Positions 40,276-50,518 of a stretch of DNA of 64,000 bases are shown one piece after another. How positions within the stretch are numbered: the first letter of the stretch is position 1; the number at the start of each line of letters is the position of its first letter. The stretch is taken from the NCBI GenBank assembly GCA_963795855.1, contig CAWCIZ010000003.1, positions 32,001-96,000 of the forward strand, written 5' to 3'. Origin of the DNA: Vulcanimicrobiota bacterium (GTDB lineage: Bacteria > Vulcanimicrobiota > Vulcanimicrobiia > Vulcanimicrobiales > Vulcanimicrobiaceae). The position numbers and the translations under genes were made by a program. The notes under the pieces were generated by a model. That model did not search any database and was not told the origin of the DNA. It saw only the letters and a list, made by a program, of their open reading frames with translations.

Positions 40276-41376
40276 CTAAGCAGCGCTCTCGGCGGGTTCG
40301 CGAGTGCCGAGGCGTTCGCCGAGCGTCAAACGCGCCGCGCCTATCGACCAGTCCGCCATGCCGTAGTAAAAATCGAACGTGCGCGCACCCAAGTCCGGGC
40401 GCGGATCGATCGCCGTCGGAAAAACGACGTTGTCGACGATACCGCGCAGTTCCGTGTCGCATTCCGGCGCGAGCACCGGTTTCGGCGAGCGGTACAGGAT
40501 TTTGTGCGGCTGCTCGAGGTCGTGAATCATGATGCCGGCGCTGTACTTCAGCTTCGGTTTGCTCGCACCGTGATCGATCACGTCGACCGCGTGAAACAGC
40601 GACATCCAGCCTTCGTCGATGCGCACGGGCGGGGTTCCGGCGCCGAGTTTGAGCGAACCCCATTGCGCGTTCGGCGACATTACCAGCACGCTCTCGCAGA
40701 CGTCCAGGATGTTCGCGCGATCCCGCAGCACGGGTTCGAGCGGTATATACGCCAAGCGAATCGATTCGCGGTCCGCGAAGGGCATGCGCTCGATCATCGG
40801 AATCGCGGCACGTCCGTCGACCGCTGAAAGATGCAGCATGGGACGATGATAAAATGCGAGCGACTTCACACCGGTCGGTGACAGAACCGGTTCCGGAAAA
40901 AACGCAGCGTCTTTGTCGTCGCCGATGTGCATGCCCGGTTTGTCGAAATGCAGCATTCCGACGCGTTCCCACGCGAATCCGTCGGCCGAGAGCGCGACGG
41001 CGATACGCGGGCCTTGGGGACCGAATGCGGTGTATGCCATGACGTAGCGATCGATCTCGGAGACGAACGTCACGCGCGGGTCTTCACAGCCGTACCCGGG
41101 ATGCGCTCGCAACTCGTACGGCGCATCGGGCTGCAGCGCGAAACCGTCGCGTTCGAACGTGAACCGATCGCCTTCGGCTCGGCCTTTCACCAAACCAACG
41201 CGAGAAATGTTGCCGCGCGCGACGTCGCGCGGGTAAAGCAATAACTCACCGCCGCGCGTGCGCGCAGAGGCGGGGTTCAGCGTACCTTCTGCTTCGCTAT
41301 CGTCGCCGTTCGGTTCGAGAACCAAACCGAGCCGCTCGACTTTAACGTCCAACTCGAACGCTTCGTGTGCCAGCAT
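40276..41376 (-). CDS. GH130 glycoside phosphorylase/hydrolase
   Basis: LNPA, GCEDPRVT, DKDAAFFPE, YHRP, KLGAGTPP, VVFPT, YYGMAD; own ATG in a TGATG overlap. Confidence 0.85.
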   Translation of the reverse strand: MLAHEAFELDVKVERLGLVLEPNGDDSEAEGTLNPASARTRGGELLLYPRDVARGNISRVGLVKGRAEGDRFTFERDGFALQPDAPYELRAHPGYGCEDPRVTFVSEIDRYVMAYTAFGPQGPRIAVALSADGFAWERVGMLHFDKPGMHIGDDKDAAFFPEPVLSPTGVKSLAFYHRPMLHLSAVDGRAAIPMIERMPFADRESIRLAYIPLEPVLRDRANILDVCESVLVMSPNAQWGSLKLGAGTPPVRIDEGWMSLFHAVDVIDHGASKPKLKYSAGIMIHDLEQPHKILYRSPKPVLAPECDTELRGIVDNVVFPTAIDPRPDLGARTFDFYYGMADWSIGAARLTLGERLGTREPAESAA

Positions 41377-42399
41377 CAAACCTCTACGGAAACGCCGCTC
41401 GCGCGAGCGCGGTTTCCAAACGCTGTAATGATTTCGTGCGGCAAGCGTGCGCTCCGGGCTGCGAAACGCGTCCAAATCGGCGTCACCATCGAGCAGAACC
41501 AGCTGCGTTCCGGATTCGTCGAGCCGGTCCGCGCGAACCGTCGCGTACTGCATGCCAACCGATAAGATATCGTCCGCGCCCGCAACTCCCTTAGGCAGCC
41601 CGTCCGCATATCCGCAACGGACGGTTGCAATCCTCTGCTCATCGGCAAGCATAGTACCCCCATATCCGACGCGCGTCCCGGCCGAATGTCGCTCCAGGCG
41701 AACCAGCGGGGCAGTCACCTGCAGCGCGCAGCGCACCCCCGGCACGCTCGCGCCGCCCGTTGCGCCGAACAAACCAACGCCCACGCGAACGGCATCGCCG
41801 AGCGCGCCGTCCGCGGCCAGGGGAAAGGTACTCGCGACGTCGGTGCCCTCCAGATCGACGCCGGCAGCGCGCATCGTCCGCACCGCCTGGTTCATGTTCT
41901 CGATTTGCGCGTGCCGGTTTTCGAAATCGGTGACGTGAGTCCACAACCGAACCTGGGCTCCTGCTCGAGCGAGCGCCGGAGCGAACGTGCGGATCTCTTC
42001 CAATGTAAGGCCGCTCCAGGCCGCCGCGGGACGAACGCCCACGCGAACGCGCAACGGCTCGTTCAGCTGTTCGAAGACCCGGCGCGCTATGTCGAGTTCC
42101 GTCGGCGTGCCGATGCTCGGCTGAGCGTTCGCGCGGTAGGCATCCGCGAGGCGGTCCGGCTCGACGGAGCCCAAAATGACGACGGGCGCCGTCGTGTGCT
42201 TGCGAACATCGCGCAGTTCGTCGGCATCGGAGACGCAGAAACACGCCGCGATCCCTTCCAGCGCGCGCACCAGTGGGCCGTATCCCCATCCGTACCCCTC
42301 GCCCTTGACGACCGCATAGAGCGGGACGCCCGCAAAGGCGCGCCAGGCGCGCGCATTTTGCGCGACGATCTCGAGGTCGAGCGAGAGGGCGGGCTGCAT
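41376..42399 (-). CDS. alr: Divergent alanine racemase-like PLP enzyme, frameshift near 41460
   Basis: AVVKGEGYGWG, VGYGG, GYADG; C-terminus PHEIITAFG in another frame. Confidence 0.75.
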
Positions 42400-42400
42400 C

Positions 42401-42862
42401 CTACGGCAGCACCGTGGATGCGACGGGTTCGTCCGAAGGCGTCACCACCACGACGTGTATGCCGCGACGGTAGACGGTGTTGGGGACGATCCACAGGGTG
42501 TACGTCCGGTACCTGTTGGACGGCTCGCCGCCGCTCGCGGGCGGCGACTCGAACGCGACGACGCGCACGCCGTCGGGGTTCGCGCGAATCGATTCGATGA
42601 TCTGGCGATAGCCGCTGCGATCGTGCGGTCCCATCAGGAGCACCACGCCGAATTCGCTGCGATATCGAACCGGCGCGCGAATTCCCAGCCGCTCGAGTGA
42701 GACGGCGTCACGCACGATGACGATTTGATTCCCGCCGTCGAGCACCGGCGTCGCGCCTTGCGCGAGCGTCTGCACGCGAACGTCGCGGCATCCCGCGAGC
42801 AATACCAAGGCAAGCAGGGGCCAGAGGCGCTTGAGCGAGCCAAGAGAGCGGGAAGCGGCCAC
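42401..42862 (-). CDS. Hypothetical lipoprotein (PrcB C-terminal-like)
   Basis: Lipobox LAGC; MGxxxxSGYxxxI. Confidence 0.6.
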   Translation of the reverse strand: MAASRSLGSLKRLWPLLALVLLAGCRDVRVQTLAQGATPVLDGGNQIVIVRDAVSLERLGIRAPVRYRSEFGVVLLMGPHDRSGYRQIIESIRANPDGVRVVAFESPPASGGEPSNRYRTYTLWIVPNTVYRRGIHVVVVTPSDEPVASTVLP

Positions 42863-42932
42863 GCGCGTGGCGTTCGCGCAGTTGTCACGGTATGCCCTTC
42901 GGGTGCACTATTACACAGGAAGAGGTGTCCCG

Positions 42933-43700
42933 ATGCTCCAGTACATCATCGCCGTCGCGACTTTGACCGTTGCGATTGCGCCCGCACCGCCCGCAGCGTC
43001 GCCCGATCCGAAACCCAGCGCGCCGCCCGCGCTGAAAACGATTGCAACGGTGCGCGCTTCGGCGCGCTGCGCGTCGATCATCACGCACGCGAACGGCGCT
43101 ATTTCGAGCACGCTCGGCAACGATCAGATCATCGGGCAAACGATCACGCAGTTGCGGTTCATGAACTTGGATGACGGAAACGCGATACATCGTCACAACG
43201 GATTGACGGCGCTCGGGGAACTGGCAAAGAATTTGATGACGCAGGCGCGTTCCGGCGATGACGAAGTGAAACGTCTGCGCAAACTCGCATCCGAAACCAA
43301 AGATCCTGCGGAAGCAAAATCGCTCAAAGCCTTCGCAGACGAACTCGGCGGAGCGCTCTGGAGCCAGCAAAAAGTCGCGCGCGATCTCAATGGTTTCCTC
43401 GCGTATCAGGATTTCCGCGAAATGGCGCAATGGGGCGAAGCCGGCGAACAGATGAATCAGGCAACGTTCGGCGTGAAAGATCCGATCGCCGAAACGCCGT
43501 CCGACATGCGCGGCAATCAACCGATTCCGCGAACCGGCGCGCCCGGCACGGCGATGCTGGGGCACGATCCGCACGAAGCGACGGCAACGCAACAAGCCAA
43601 GTGGGCGGCCGACGACTTTCAAAGCCGAATCCCACTCATCGTCCGCGACGAAAACGACGCAGCGGCCAAGGTCGACGGAGCGATCGCGGGCTGCGAGTAG
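42933..43700 (+). CDS. Secreted helical hypothetical protein
   Basis: Signal peptide, Pro linker, LKTIATVRAS..C; GAGG RBS. Confidence 0.7.
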   Translation: MLQYIIAVATLTVAIAPAPPAASPDPKPSAPPALKTIATVRASARCASIITHANGAISSTLGNDQIIGQTITQLRFMNLDDGNAIHRHNGLTALGELAKNLMTQARSGDDEVKRLRKLASETKDPAEAKSLKAFADELGGALWSQQKVARDLNGFLAYQDFREMAQWGEAGEQMNQATFGVKDPIAETPSDMRGNQPIPRTGAPGTAMLGHDPHEATATQQAKWAADDFQSRIPLIVRDENDAAAKVDGAIAGCE

Positions 43701-43763
43701 CCGGCCCCGCGCGCGACAAAGTCATTGTTCGTCCCAAGGCTTTTCGCTAGACTCTGAAGTCTA

Positions 43764-44679
43764 GTGAAGACTCTCGCGCGCCTGAGCCTGGCGGCGGTCG
43801 CCGTCGCGTACGGCGAGGTCATGCTGGGAAGTTGGACTCGCATCAACGGCGCAGGCATGACTTGTCCCGACTATCCGCTTTGCCGCGGCGAGTTCATTCC
43901 ATCGATGGGCGGCGGCACCGTGTGGGAATGGACGCATCGCGTGACTCGCGGCGGTTCTGTCAATTCTCGTGATCGCCGTGCTGGCGGCGGCGTGGAAACG
44001 GCGGCAGGATGCGGCCTTCGTCGCACCGACGGGCCTGGTGGTCGCTCGGCCTATTCGCGTTTCAGGTATTTCTCGGCGCCGCGACGGTGCATCTTTCGAA
44101 CAGCCCGGTTTCGGTCGTGTGGCATTGGGGCACGGCGATGGCGTTCGTCGCATCGCTGTCGTGCATGGCGATTATCGCGTTTGCCGCGGCGAGTCACGGT
44201 CGCGCCGATGCGTCCGGACGCGAACGCGCTGCTCGCCGGTGTTCTCGGCGGAACGCATTGCGTCGCTTTCATCACGATGTGCGTCGGCGCGTACGTCAGT
44301 TCGAGCGGCGCAGGCCTCGCGTGCATCGACATTCCGGGTTGCGCGGGGAATGTCGTGGTATATACGCCGGGACAGTACGTGCAGATGCTTCATCGTTTCG
44401 TCGCGGCGGCGTGCCTGCTGAGCGCGCGTCATGTCGTTCGCGCTGTCTGGGCGATGCGCGCTTCGCGCGCGCGTTCGCGCGGCAGCGACGATCGGGCTCG
44501 CGCTGGTGCTCGTGCAAGTGCTGCTCGGACTGTTGAACGTCGCGCTGCGCTTGCCGATCGATCTGCGTGAAGCGCACGCCGCCAATGCGGCGCTCGTTTT
44601 CTTTCGTTCGTTACTGCAACGGCGTTTGCAGCGCTCGCGGAACGCCGCACACGCGTCCGACGCGAGCACGCTCGCATGA
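43764..44679 (+). CDS. ctaA: Heme A synthase (COX15/CtaA), several frameshifts
   Basis: GAGMTCPDYPLC, EWTHR, GAGLACIDIPGC, QMLHR, QVLLGLLNV..EAH across frames. Confidence 0.85.
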
Positions 44680-45596
44680 TGCGACCGTCGCTCGCGTTGC
44701 CGGCGTGCGCCGCGCGAGCGTCGGATGGCTCGCGATGCTCGGCGACTACTACGATCTCGGCAAGCCGCGCATCATGTATCTGCTGCTGGTCACGACGGCG
44801 GCGGCGATGGTGATGGCCGCGCGCGGCATTCCGTCGCTCGGCGCTATTTGGGTGGACGATGCTCGCTGGAGCCCTCGCGGCGATGTCCGCCGGGACGCTC
44901 AACTGCGTCTACGACGTCGACATCGACCGCATCATGAAGCGCACGCGCTACCGTCCGCTTCCGGCAGGACGCATCTACGATTTTCGCAGCGACGGCGCAT
45001 GCGTGCGTGATGGGCGTGCTTTCGTTCGCGATCTTTTATTTCCGCGTCGGTCATTTGGCCGCATGGCTTTCGCTCGCGGGAAACGTGTATTACGTCGTGA
45101 TCTACACGATGCTGCTCAAGCGCCGCACGCCGCAGAACATCGTCATCGGCGGCGCCGCCGGATCGATTCCGCCGCTGGTCGGCTGGGCTGCGGTGACGCA
45201 CACGATCGGCGGTCCCGCGCTCGGCTTGTTCGCGATCATCTTCCTGTGGACGCCGCCGCATTTTTGGGCGCTCGCGCTCATGACCGAAACCGATTACGAC
45301 AAAGCCGGCGTACCGATGCTGCCGAACGTCACGGCGAGCAGCGCACCAAACGCGACATTTTCATCTACACGATCGTGCTGCTGCTCGCGTCGCTCGCGGC
45401 TGTACTGGCCGCTGCACGTCATGGGACCGTTCTATGCGGCGGCTGCCGGCGCGCTCGGGCGTAGTCTTCGTGCGTCACGCCGCACGCATGCTGCGCGACC
45501 GCAACCACGAGAGCGGCACGCGCGACGTTCATGTATTCGCTGCTCTACCTCGCGCTCATGTGCGCGAGCATGGTGATCGATCGGATCGTTTTCTAA
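44676..45596 (+). CDS. ctaB: Heme O synthase (protoheme IX farnesyltransferase), several frameshifts
   Basis: [58 protein letters not shown]. Confidence 0.9.
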
Positions 45597-45597
45597 C

Positions 45598-46977
45598 GTG
45601 GCATCCGATGCTACGACGACGTTCGCGGGCCACAAACTGGACCGTTCCGTCGTCCCGTTGCTCCTGACGCTCGGCCTCGGCGTTTTCCTCGGAGCGCTCG
45701 ATCTGAGCGTGCTCTCGCCGGCGCTTCCCGCGATCGGGAAAGAATTCGGCGTCGCCACGGGCGATCTCGTCGTGGGTGTTCACGCTGTATCTGCTCGTGA
45801 ACATCGTCGGCATCGCGGTGATGAGCACGCTCGCGGACCGCTACGGCCGGCGCCCGGTGTATCTCGCCTGCGTCGCAATTTTTCTCGCCGGCACCGCACT
45901 GGCCGTCGTTTCTCGCAGGATTACGGATTATTTCTGATCGCGCGCGCGGTGCAAGCATTCGGAGCGGGCGGAATCTTCCCGGTCGCCACGGCTGCAATCG
46001 GCGACGTCGTTCCGCGTCAACGGCGCGGCGCGGCGTTAGGGCTTGTCGCCGCGACCTGGGGACTTGCAGCAGTTGTCGGGCCGCTGTACGGCGGTCTGGT
46101 CACGCACTTCGTTTCGTGGCGCTGCATCTTCGCGCCGAATTTTCCGATCGCCGCGTTCGTTCTGATTTTTGCCTTGCGCTACGTGCCGACGAATGCGCCG
46201 CGCGCGCGCGGACCGCTCGACGTGCCCGGTTTGTTCTTACTCTGCGTCGGATTGCTGTTTCTGATGTACGGCATCAACGGCGTGCATGCGGTCACCATTG
46301 CGTTCGGACTCTTGCTGCTCGCAGCGTTCTGTCATGTGGCAGCGCGCGTGCCGCTTTCCGATCGTGCCGCCGGCGCTTTTTGCAAACGCGCAGATCGCCA
46401 AAACGTTCGCACTCGAAATCGTCATCGGCGTGCTCGAGGGCTCGCTCTTCTTCATTCCGGCCGTGCTGGTCGGCGCGCAGCATATCTCGTACGCCGCAGC
46501 CGGCGCGATTGCGGCGGTCGGCGCGTTCATGTTCGTCGCAGTGATTCCGGGTTCTGGCCGCGCGCTGGATCGCATCGGCAGCCGGGACGTGCTGCTCGCG
46601 GGAGCGCTGCTCACCGAGAGCGGGCCTGGTTCTTTTCGCGCTCTGCTTCACGTCGCTTTGGCTTTCCGTGCTCGCGATGATCGTTGCCGGCGTCGGATTC
46701 GGCGCGCTTCTGGGAGCGCCGACGCGGTACATCGTAACGAACGAAACGACGGAGCGCACCCGCGCGACGGCCATCGGACTGCTGAGCCAGTTCTTGATCA
46801 TCGGACAAATCGTCGGCGGTTCGTTGGCGGGCGGCATCATGGGCAATGCGCTTTCGGATGTGACCGCCTATCGCGACACCTACTTGGCGTTCGCGGCCGT
46901 CGCTCTGCTTGCTCTCCATCGTCGCTTCGATGCTTGCGGCGCGGCGAAAGGAGATTCGGTCGCCCGCAACCGAGTGA
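45598..46977 (+). CDS. MFS efflux-type transporter, several frameshifts
   Basis: ALDLSVLSPALP, LADRYGRR, RAVQAFGAGG, GRALDRIGSR. Confidence 0.82.
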
Positions 46978-46982
46978 GTGCC

Positions 46983-48651
46983 ATGCAGCGCACGCACGAC
47001 GTGCTCAATCAGCCGCCGCCGCTCACGGATTACAACGTGTTCCGCTCGGATCGCGCGCTCGTGCAGACGCTTGCAGCGCAGGGCGCCGCAAGCGCGTTCG
47101 AATCGCTCGAAACGTTGGGATTGCTCGCCGGCAGTGAAACGGCGCAAGAGTGGGGCCGGCTCGCCAACGAGCATCCGCCGCAGCTGCGCACGCACGATCG
47201 TTTCGGCAACCGCATCGACGAAGTGGAATTTCACCCGTCGTATCACGAACTGATGCGCGTCGCGGTCCGCAACGGTTTGCATGCGGCGCCGTGGAGCGAG
47301 CGGCGATCCCGCCGCGCACACCGCTCGCGCCGCGAAGTTTTACGTGTGGGGACAGGTCGAAGCCGGACACGGCTGCCCGATCTCCATGACGTACGCCGCC
47401 GTTCCGGCGCTGCGCATGCACCCGCCGCTCGCAGAGCTTGGGAGCCGAAACTCGCCGCATGCGAGTACGATCCGCTGCTGCGCGCGATCGAAGAAAAGCG
47501 CAGCGCGATCTGCGGGATGGCGATGACGGAAAAGCAAGGCGGGTCCGACGTGCGCGCCAATTTGACGCGAGCAGTGTTTGCCGAACGCACGCCGGTCGGC
47601 GAAGCCTATCTGCTGACCGGCCACAAATGGTTTTGCTCGGCGCCCATGAGCGACATGTTCCTGGTGCTCGCGCACACGAGCCGCCTTCGAACTCCGCTGA
47701 ACCCTGACCTGCTTCTTCATGCCGCGCGTTTTGCCGGACGGTTCGCGAAACCGGATCGCGATTCAGCGCCTCAAAGACAAACTCGGGAATCGTTCCAACG
47801 CGTCCAGCGAAATCGAGTTCGACGAAACGTGGGCAGATTCGCTCGGCGAACCCGGCCGCGGCATCCAAACGATCGTGGAAATGGTGAACTGCACGCGCTT
47901 GGATTGCATCAACGGATCCGCGGCCGCTGATGCGTCAAGCGGCCGCGCAGGCCATTCACCACGCAACGTACCGGCATGCGTTCGGCGCTCCGCTCATCGA
48001 CCAGCCGCTCATGCAGAACGTCCTCGCGGATTTGGCGATCGAATCCGAAGCGGCAATGGTGCTGCTGCTGCGTCTCGCGCAGGCCGTGGATCGCGGAACG
48101 GGAAACGGCGCATCAGACGTCTGGGAACCGCGGTCGGCAAATACTTCGTCTGCAAACGCGCGCCCGTCGTGGTAGGTGAAGCGCTCGAATGTTTGGGCGG
48201 CAACGGTTACGTCGAAGAATCGCCGATGCCGCGTCTGTACCGCGAAGCGCCGCTCAACTCGATTTGGGAAGGATCCGGAAACATAAACGCGCTCGACGTT
48301 CTGCGCATCGTCGCGAAGCAGCCGGAGACGCTGGAAGCGTTCCGGCGCGAAATCGAACCGGCCTTCGGCGATGCGCGCATGCGGCGCGCGGCGGACGAAC
48401 TCGCGAACGCGCTTGCTGCGGACGAGGACGCGGAGAGCCGAGCGCGTGCGCTGGTGGAGCGCATGGCACTGCTGTGGCAAGCCGCGCTGCTCGCGCGGGA
48501 TCCGTACAATCCGGCGGCGGAAGCGTTCATCGATTCTCGCATCGCCGGCCATTGGGGTCGGACGCTCGGCACCCTTGCTCCGTCTTCGGATCACAAACGG
48601 ATCGTGGAACGAGCGCAGCCGGCTCAAAACGTGGAATACTCTGAACGGTAA
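46983..48651 (+). CDS. aidB: AidB-like acyl-CoA dehydrogenase, several frameshifts
   Basis: THDVLNQPPPL, VEFHPSYH, CPISMTYA, MTEKQGGSDVRAN, GHKWF, LKDKLGNRSNASSE, GGNGYVEE, IWEGSGN. Confidence 0.85.
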
Positions 48652-49220
48652 TGAAACTGCGCAAAATCCAGCGCGGCGATCATCTCGCGAGCCGCGCATG
48701 GGCGCCCCGCGAGCGCTTGATCGTGTGGCGCGGCCTCACGGGCCGGTTCGCGATCGCGATAGAGCCGTTGCTCGGCATGCTGTTTTTCGGCGCGTTGACT
48801 TACGGCATCATTTGGCGCGCGCGCGTCGCAAAGCCGCACGACATGTGGATTCTTTCGCCTATCTTCGGCATTGCGGCGGTGGCATTTCTTGCGTATTTCG
48901 TCTATCTGCTGGTCGCGCCGATTATTGCGTACTTGCAGACGTACAAACCGATTTACTTGATTGACGGATACGTGCGTTATCGAGCACCCGACGATGACTC
49001 GGATATCGGCGCGAACGGGTACGTCGCGGTGCTCTTCGCCGACGAGCAGGTCTGCTGCGAATGGGAGAGTTACGGCAAAAAAAAACTGCCGAACCTCACG
49101 CTTCCGGCAATGGCGGAGTTCTCGGAGTATGGCGGCCTGCACAAGATCGACGGCAAGTCGACCGGCGTTCTACCCGAAGAAATCCCCGTATTCGCCGTCG
49201 GAATCAACCCGCGGCATTAG
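48651..49220 (+). CDS. Hypothetical protein with two TM helices
   Basis: TAATG coupling to aidB; two hydrophobic helices. Confidence 0.7.
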   Translation: MKLRKIQRGDHLASRAWAPRERLIVWRGLTGRFAIAIEPLLGMLFFGALTYGIIWRARVAKPHDMWILSPIFGIAAVAFLAYFVYLLVAPIIAYLQTYKPIYLIDGYVRYRAPDDDSDIGANGYVAVLFADEQVCCEWESYGKKKLPNLTLPAMAEFSEYGGLHKIDGKSTGVLPEEIPVFAVGINPRH

Positions 49221-49282
49221 GAAGCGCGCTTCACGTCGCCGAAGCGAAATACGCAACTCTGACGCGGCGTGCACGTTCCCAT

Positions 49283-49477
49283 TTACGGTTTGTACGAACC
49301 GTTGAGCGGGATGCGCAGCGCTTGCTGCCACGGCCACACGTGCCCCGAACCCGACATCCAAATCGTGTAGAAGCCGACGCCGAAAATCGCCAGGATGCCG
49401 ACCACCGCCGCGATCATGACCACGCGCGGTACGCCTCGGCTGGTGGGTACGCCGCGTTCGTCGGTAGGGTCGTACAT
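49283..49477 (-). CDS. Small single-TM protein at the end of the cox operon
   Basis: One TM helix; abuts the upstream gene. Confidence 0.6.
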   Translation of the reverse strand: MYDPTDERGVPTSRGVPRVVMIAAVVGILAIFGVGFYTIWMSGSGHVWPWQQALRIPLNGSYKP

Positions 49478-49702
49478 TTAAATTTCCACGCCTTTCCCGG
49501 CGAGCACGTTTACGCTGGCGAGAATCGCAAGAAATGCGCCGAGGGCGAGCAGAGCGAGCATCATCTTGAAGACTTGGTTCTCCAGCCCTTTGGTTTTCCA
49601 ATCGTTCCTCAGAGCGATGGCTGCCACGAACAGCACGACGATGCCGAAAACGAACGCGAAGATGCGCTCGACGTGGGCGACGGTTGAACTGATTCCTTCC
49701 AT
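49478..49702 (-). CDS. Small two-TM protein, possible oxidase subunit IV
   Basis: AGGAG RBS; directly after cox3. Confidence 0.65.
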   Translation of the reverse strand: MEGISSTVAHVERIFAFVFGIVVLFVAAIALRNDWKTKGLENQVFKMMLALLALGAFLAILASVNVLAGKGVEI

Positions 49703-49712
49703 TACTTCGCTC

Positions 49713-50330
49713 CTAGTACAGATAGAAGATCGAGAACAGCACGACCCAGATCACGTCGACGAAATGCCAGTACAGCGTGCCGAGCGTCAAGCCGGTGTAT
49801 TTTTGGAACGTGTATTTTCCGTTGAGCGTCTGCAGCAGAAGGACCGTGAGGTACAGGATTCCGCAGAAGACGTGCAAGCCGTGCATCCCGGTGAGCGTGA
49901 AGAAGCCGGCGCCGAAGATACCGCTGTTTCCCCAGCCTGCGCCGACCTTCGCGTACTCGACGATTTGCCCGGAAAGAAACATCGCGCCGAGCACGATTGT
50001 CGCGACGATCCAGTTCGCGAACTTGATGAAGTTCCGGTGCTTCCAGTTTTCGAGTGCAAAGTGCATCGTCGCACCGGAACCGAACAGAATGACCGAGTTA
50101 ATGGACGCCAGCGCCAAATCCAGTTTCGGCGCGCCCGGCGGCGGCCAGCCTTGTCCGGTGCTTCGCAGGTAGAGATAGGCGAAGATGAACGACGAGAACA
50201 GCACCAAGTCGCTCACCATGAACAACAGGAAGCCCTGGACGCGCAATTCGCGCGTCTCGACGTAGAGCTGATCCGGCTCCTCGTGGTGGCGCCCGACGAT
50301 TCCCGCCTGCGTGACGCTGGCTACTGCCAC
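49713..50330 (-). CDS. ctaE: Cytochrome c oxidase subunit III
   Basis: FTLTGMHGLHV, LYWHFVDVIW. Confidence 0.92.
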   Translation of the reverse strand: MAVASVTQAGIVGRHHEEPDQLYVETRELRVQGFLLFMVSDLVLFSSFIFAYLYLRSTGQGWPPPGAPKLDLALASINSVILFGSGATMHFALENWKHRNFIKFANWIVATIVLGAMFLSGQIVEYAKVGAGWGNSGIFGAGFFTLTGMHGLHVFCGILYLTVLLLQTLNGKYTFQKYTGLTLGTLYWHFVDVIWVVLFSIFYLY

Positions 50331-50343
50331 AATGAACTCCTAT

Positions 50344-50502
50344 TTTTAAAGGCGCTGCGCCCTAGGCTCCGCGCCCCCCATCGTAAACGATGGGGCCCCA
50401 AAAAATATGGGGCGCATAAACAATGTGCTCGCATGAACTCTCCCCGTGGGCGCCCCCTAATACAGTAATCATGTTTTAAAGGCGCTGCGCCCTGGGCTCC
50501 GC
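50344..50502. repeat. 29-bp direct repeat pair enclosing hairpins (REP/MITE-like)
   Basis: TTTTAAAGGCGCTGCGCCCT(A/G)GGCTCCGC at 50344-50372 and 50474-50502 (28/29 identical); internal CCCCATCGT-AA-ACGATGGGG. Confidence 0.75.
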
Positions 50503-50518
50503 AGCCCGGCACCCGTCA

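Noticed and set aside
40276..42399. 707-aa alanine racemase-GH130 fusion ORF
   Set aside because: The Alr C-terminus lies in another frame and ends at a TGATG overlap with the GH130 start; a frameshift artefact.
46668..47930. MFS-AidB fusion ORF
   Set aside because: The MFS has a plausible stop at 46977 in a shifted frame and aidB has its own ATG at 46983.
50344..50502. Mini CRISPR array
   Set aside because: Only two repeats, a 101-nt structured spacer and no cas genes; kept as REP/MITE-like.
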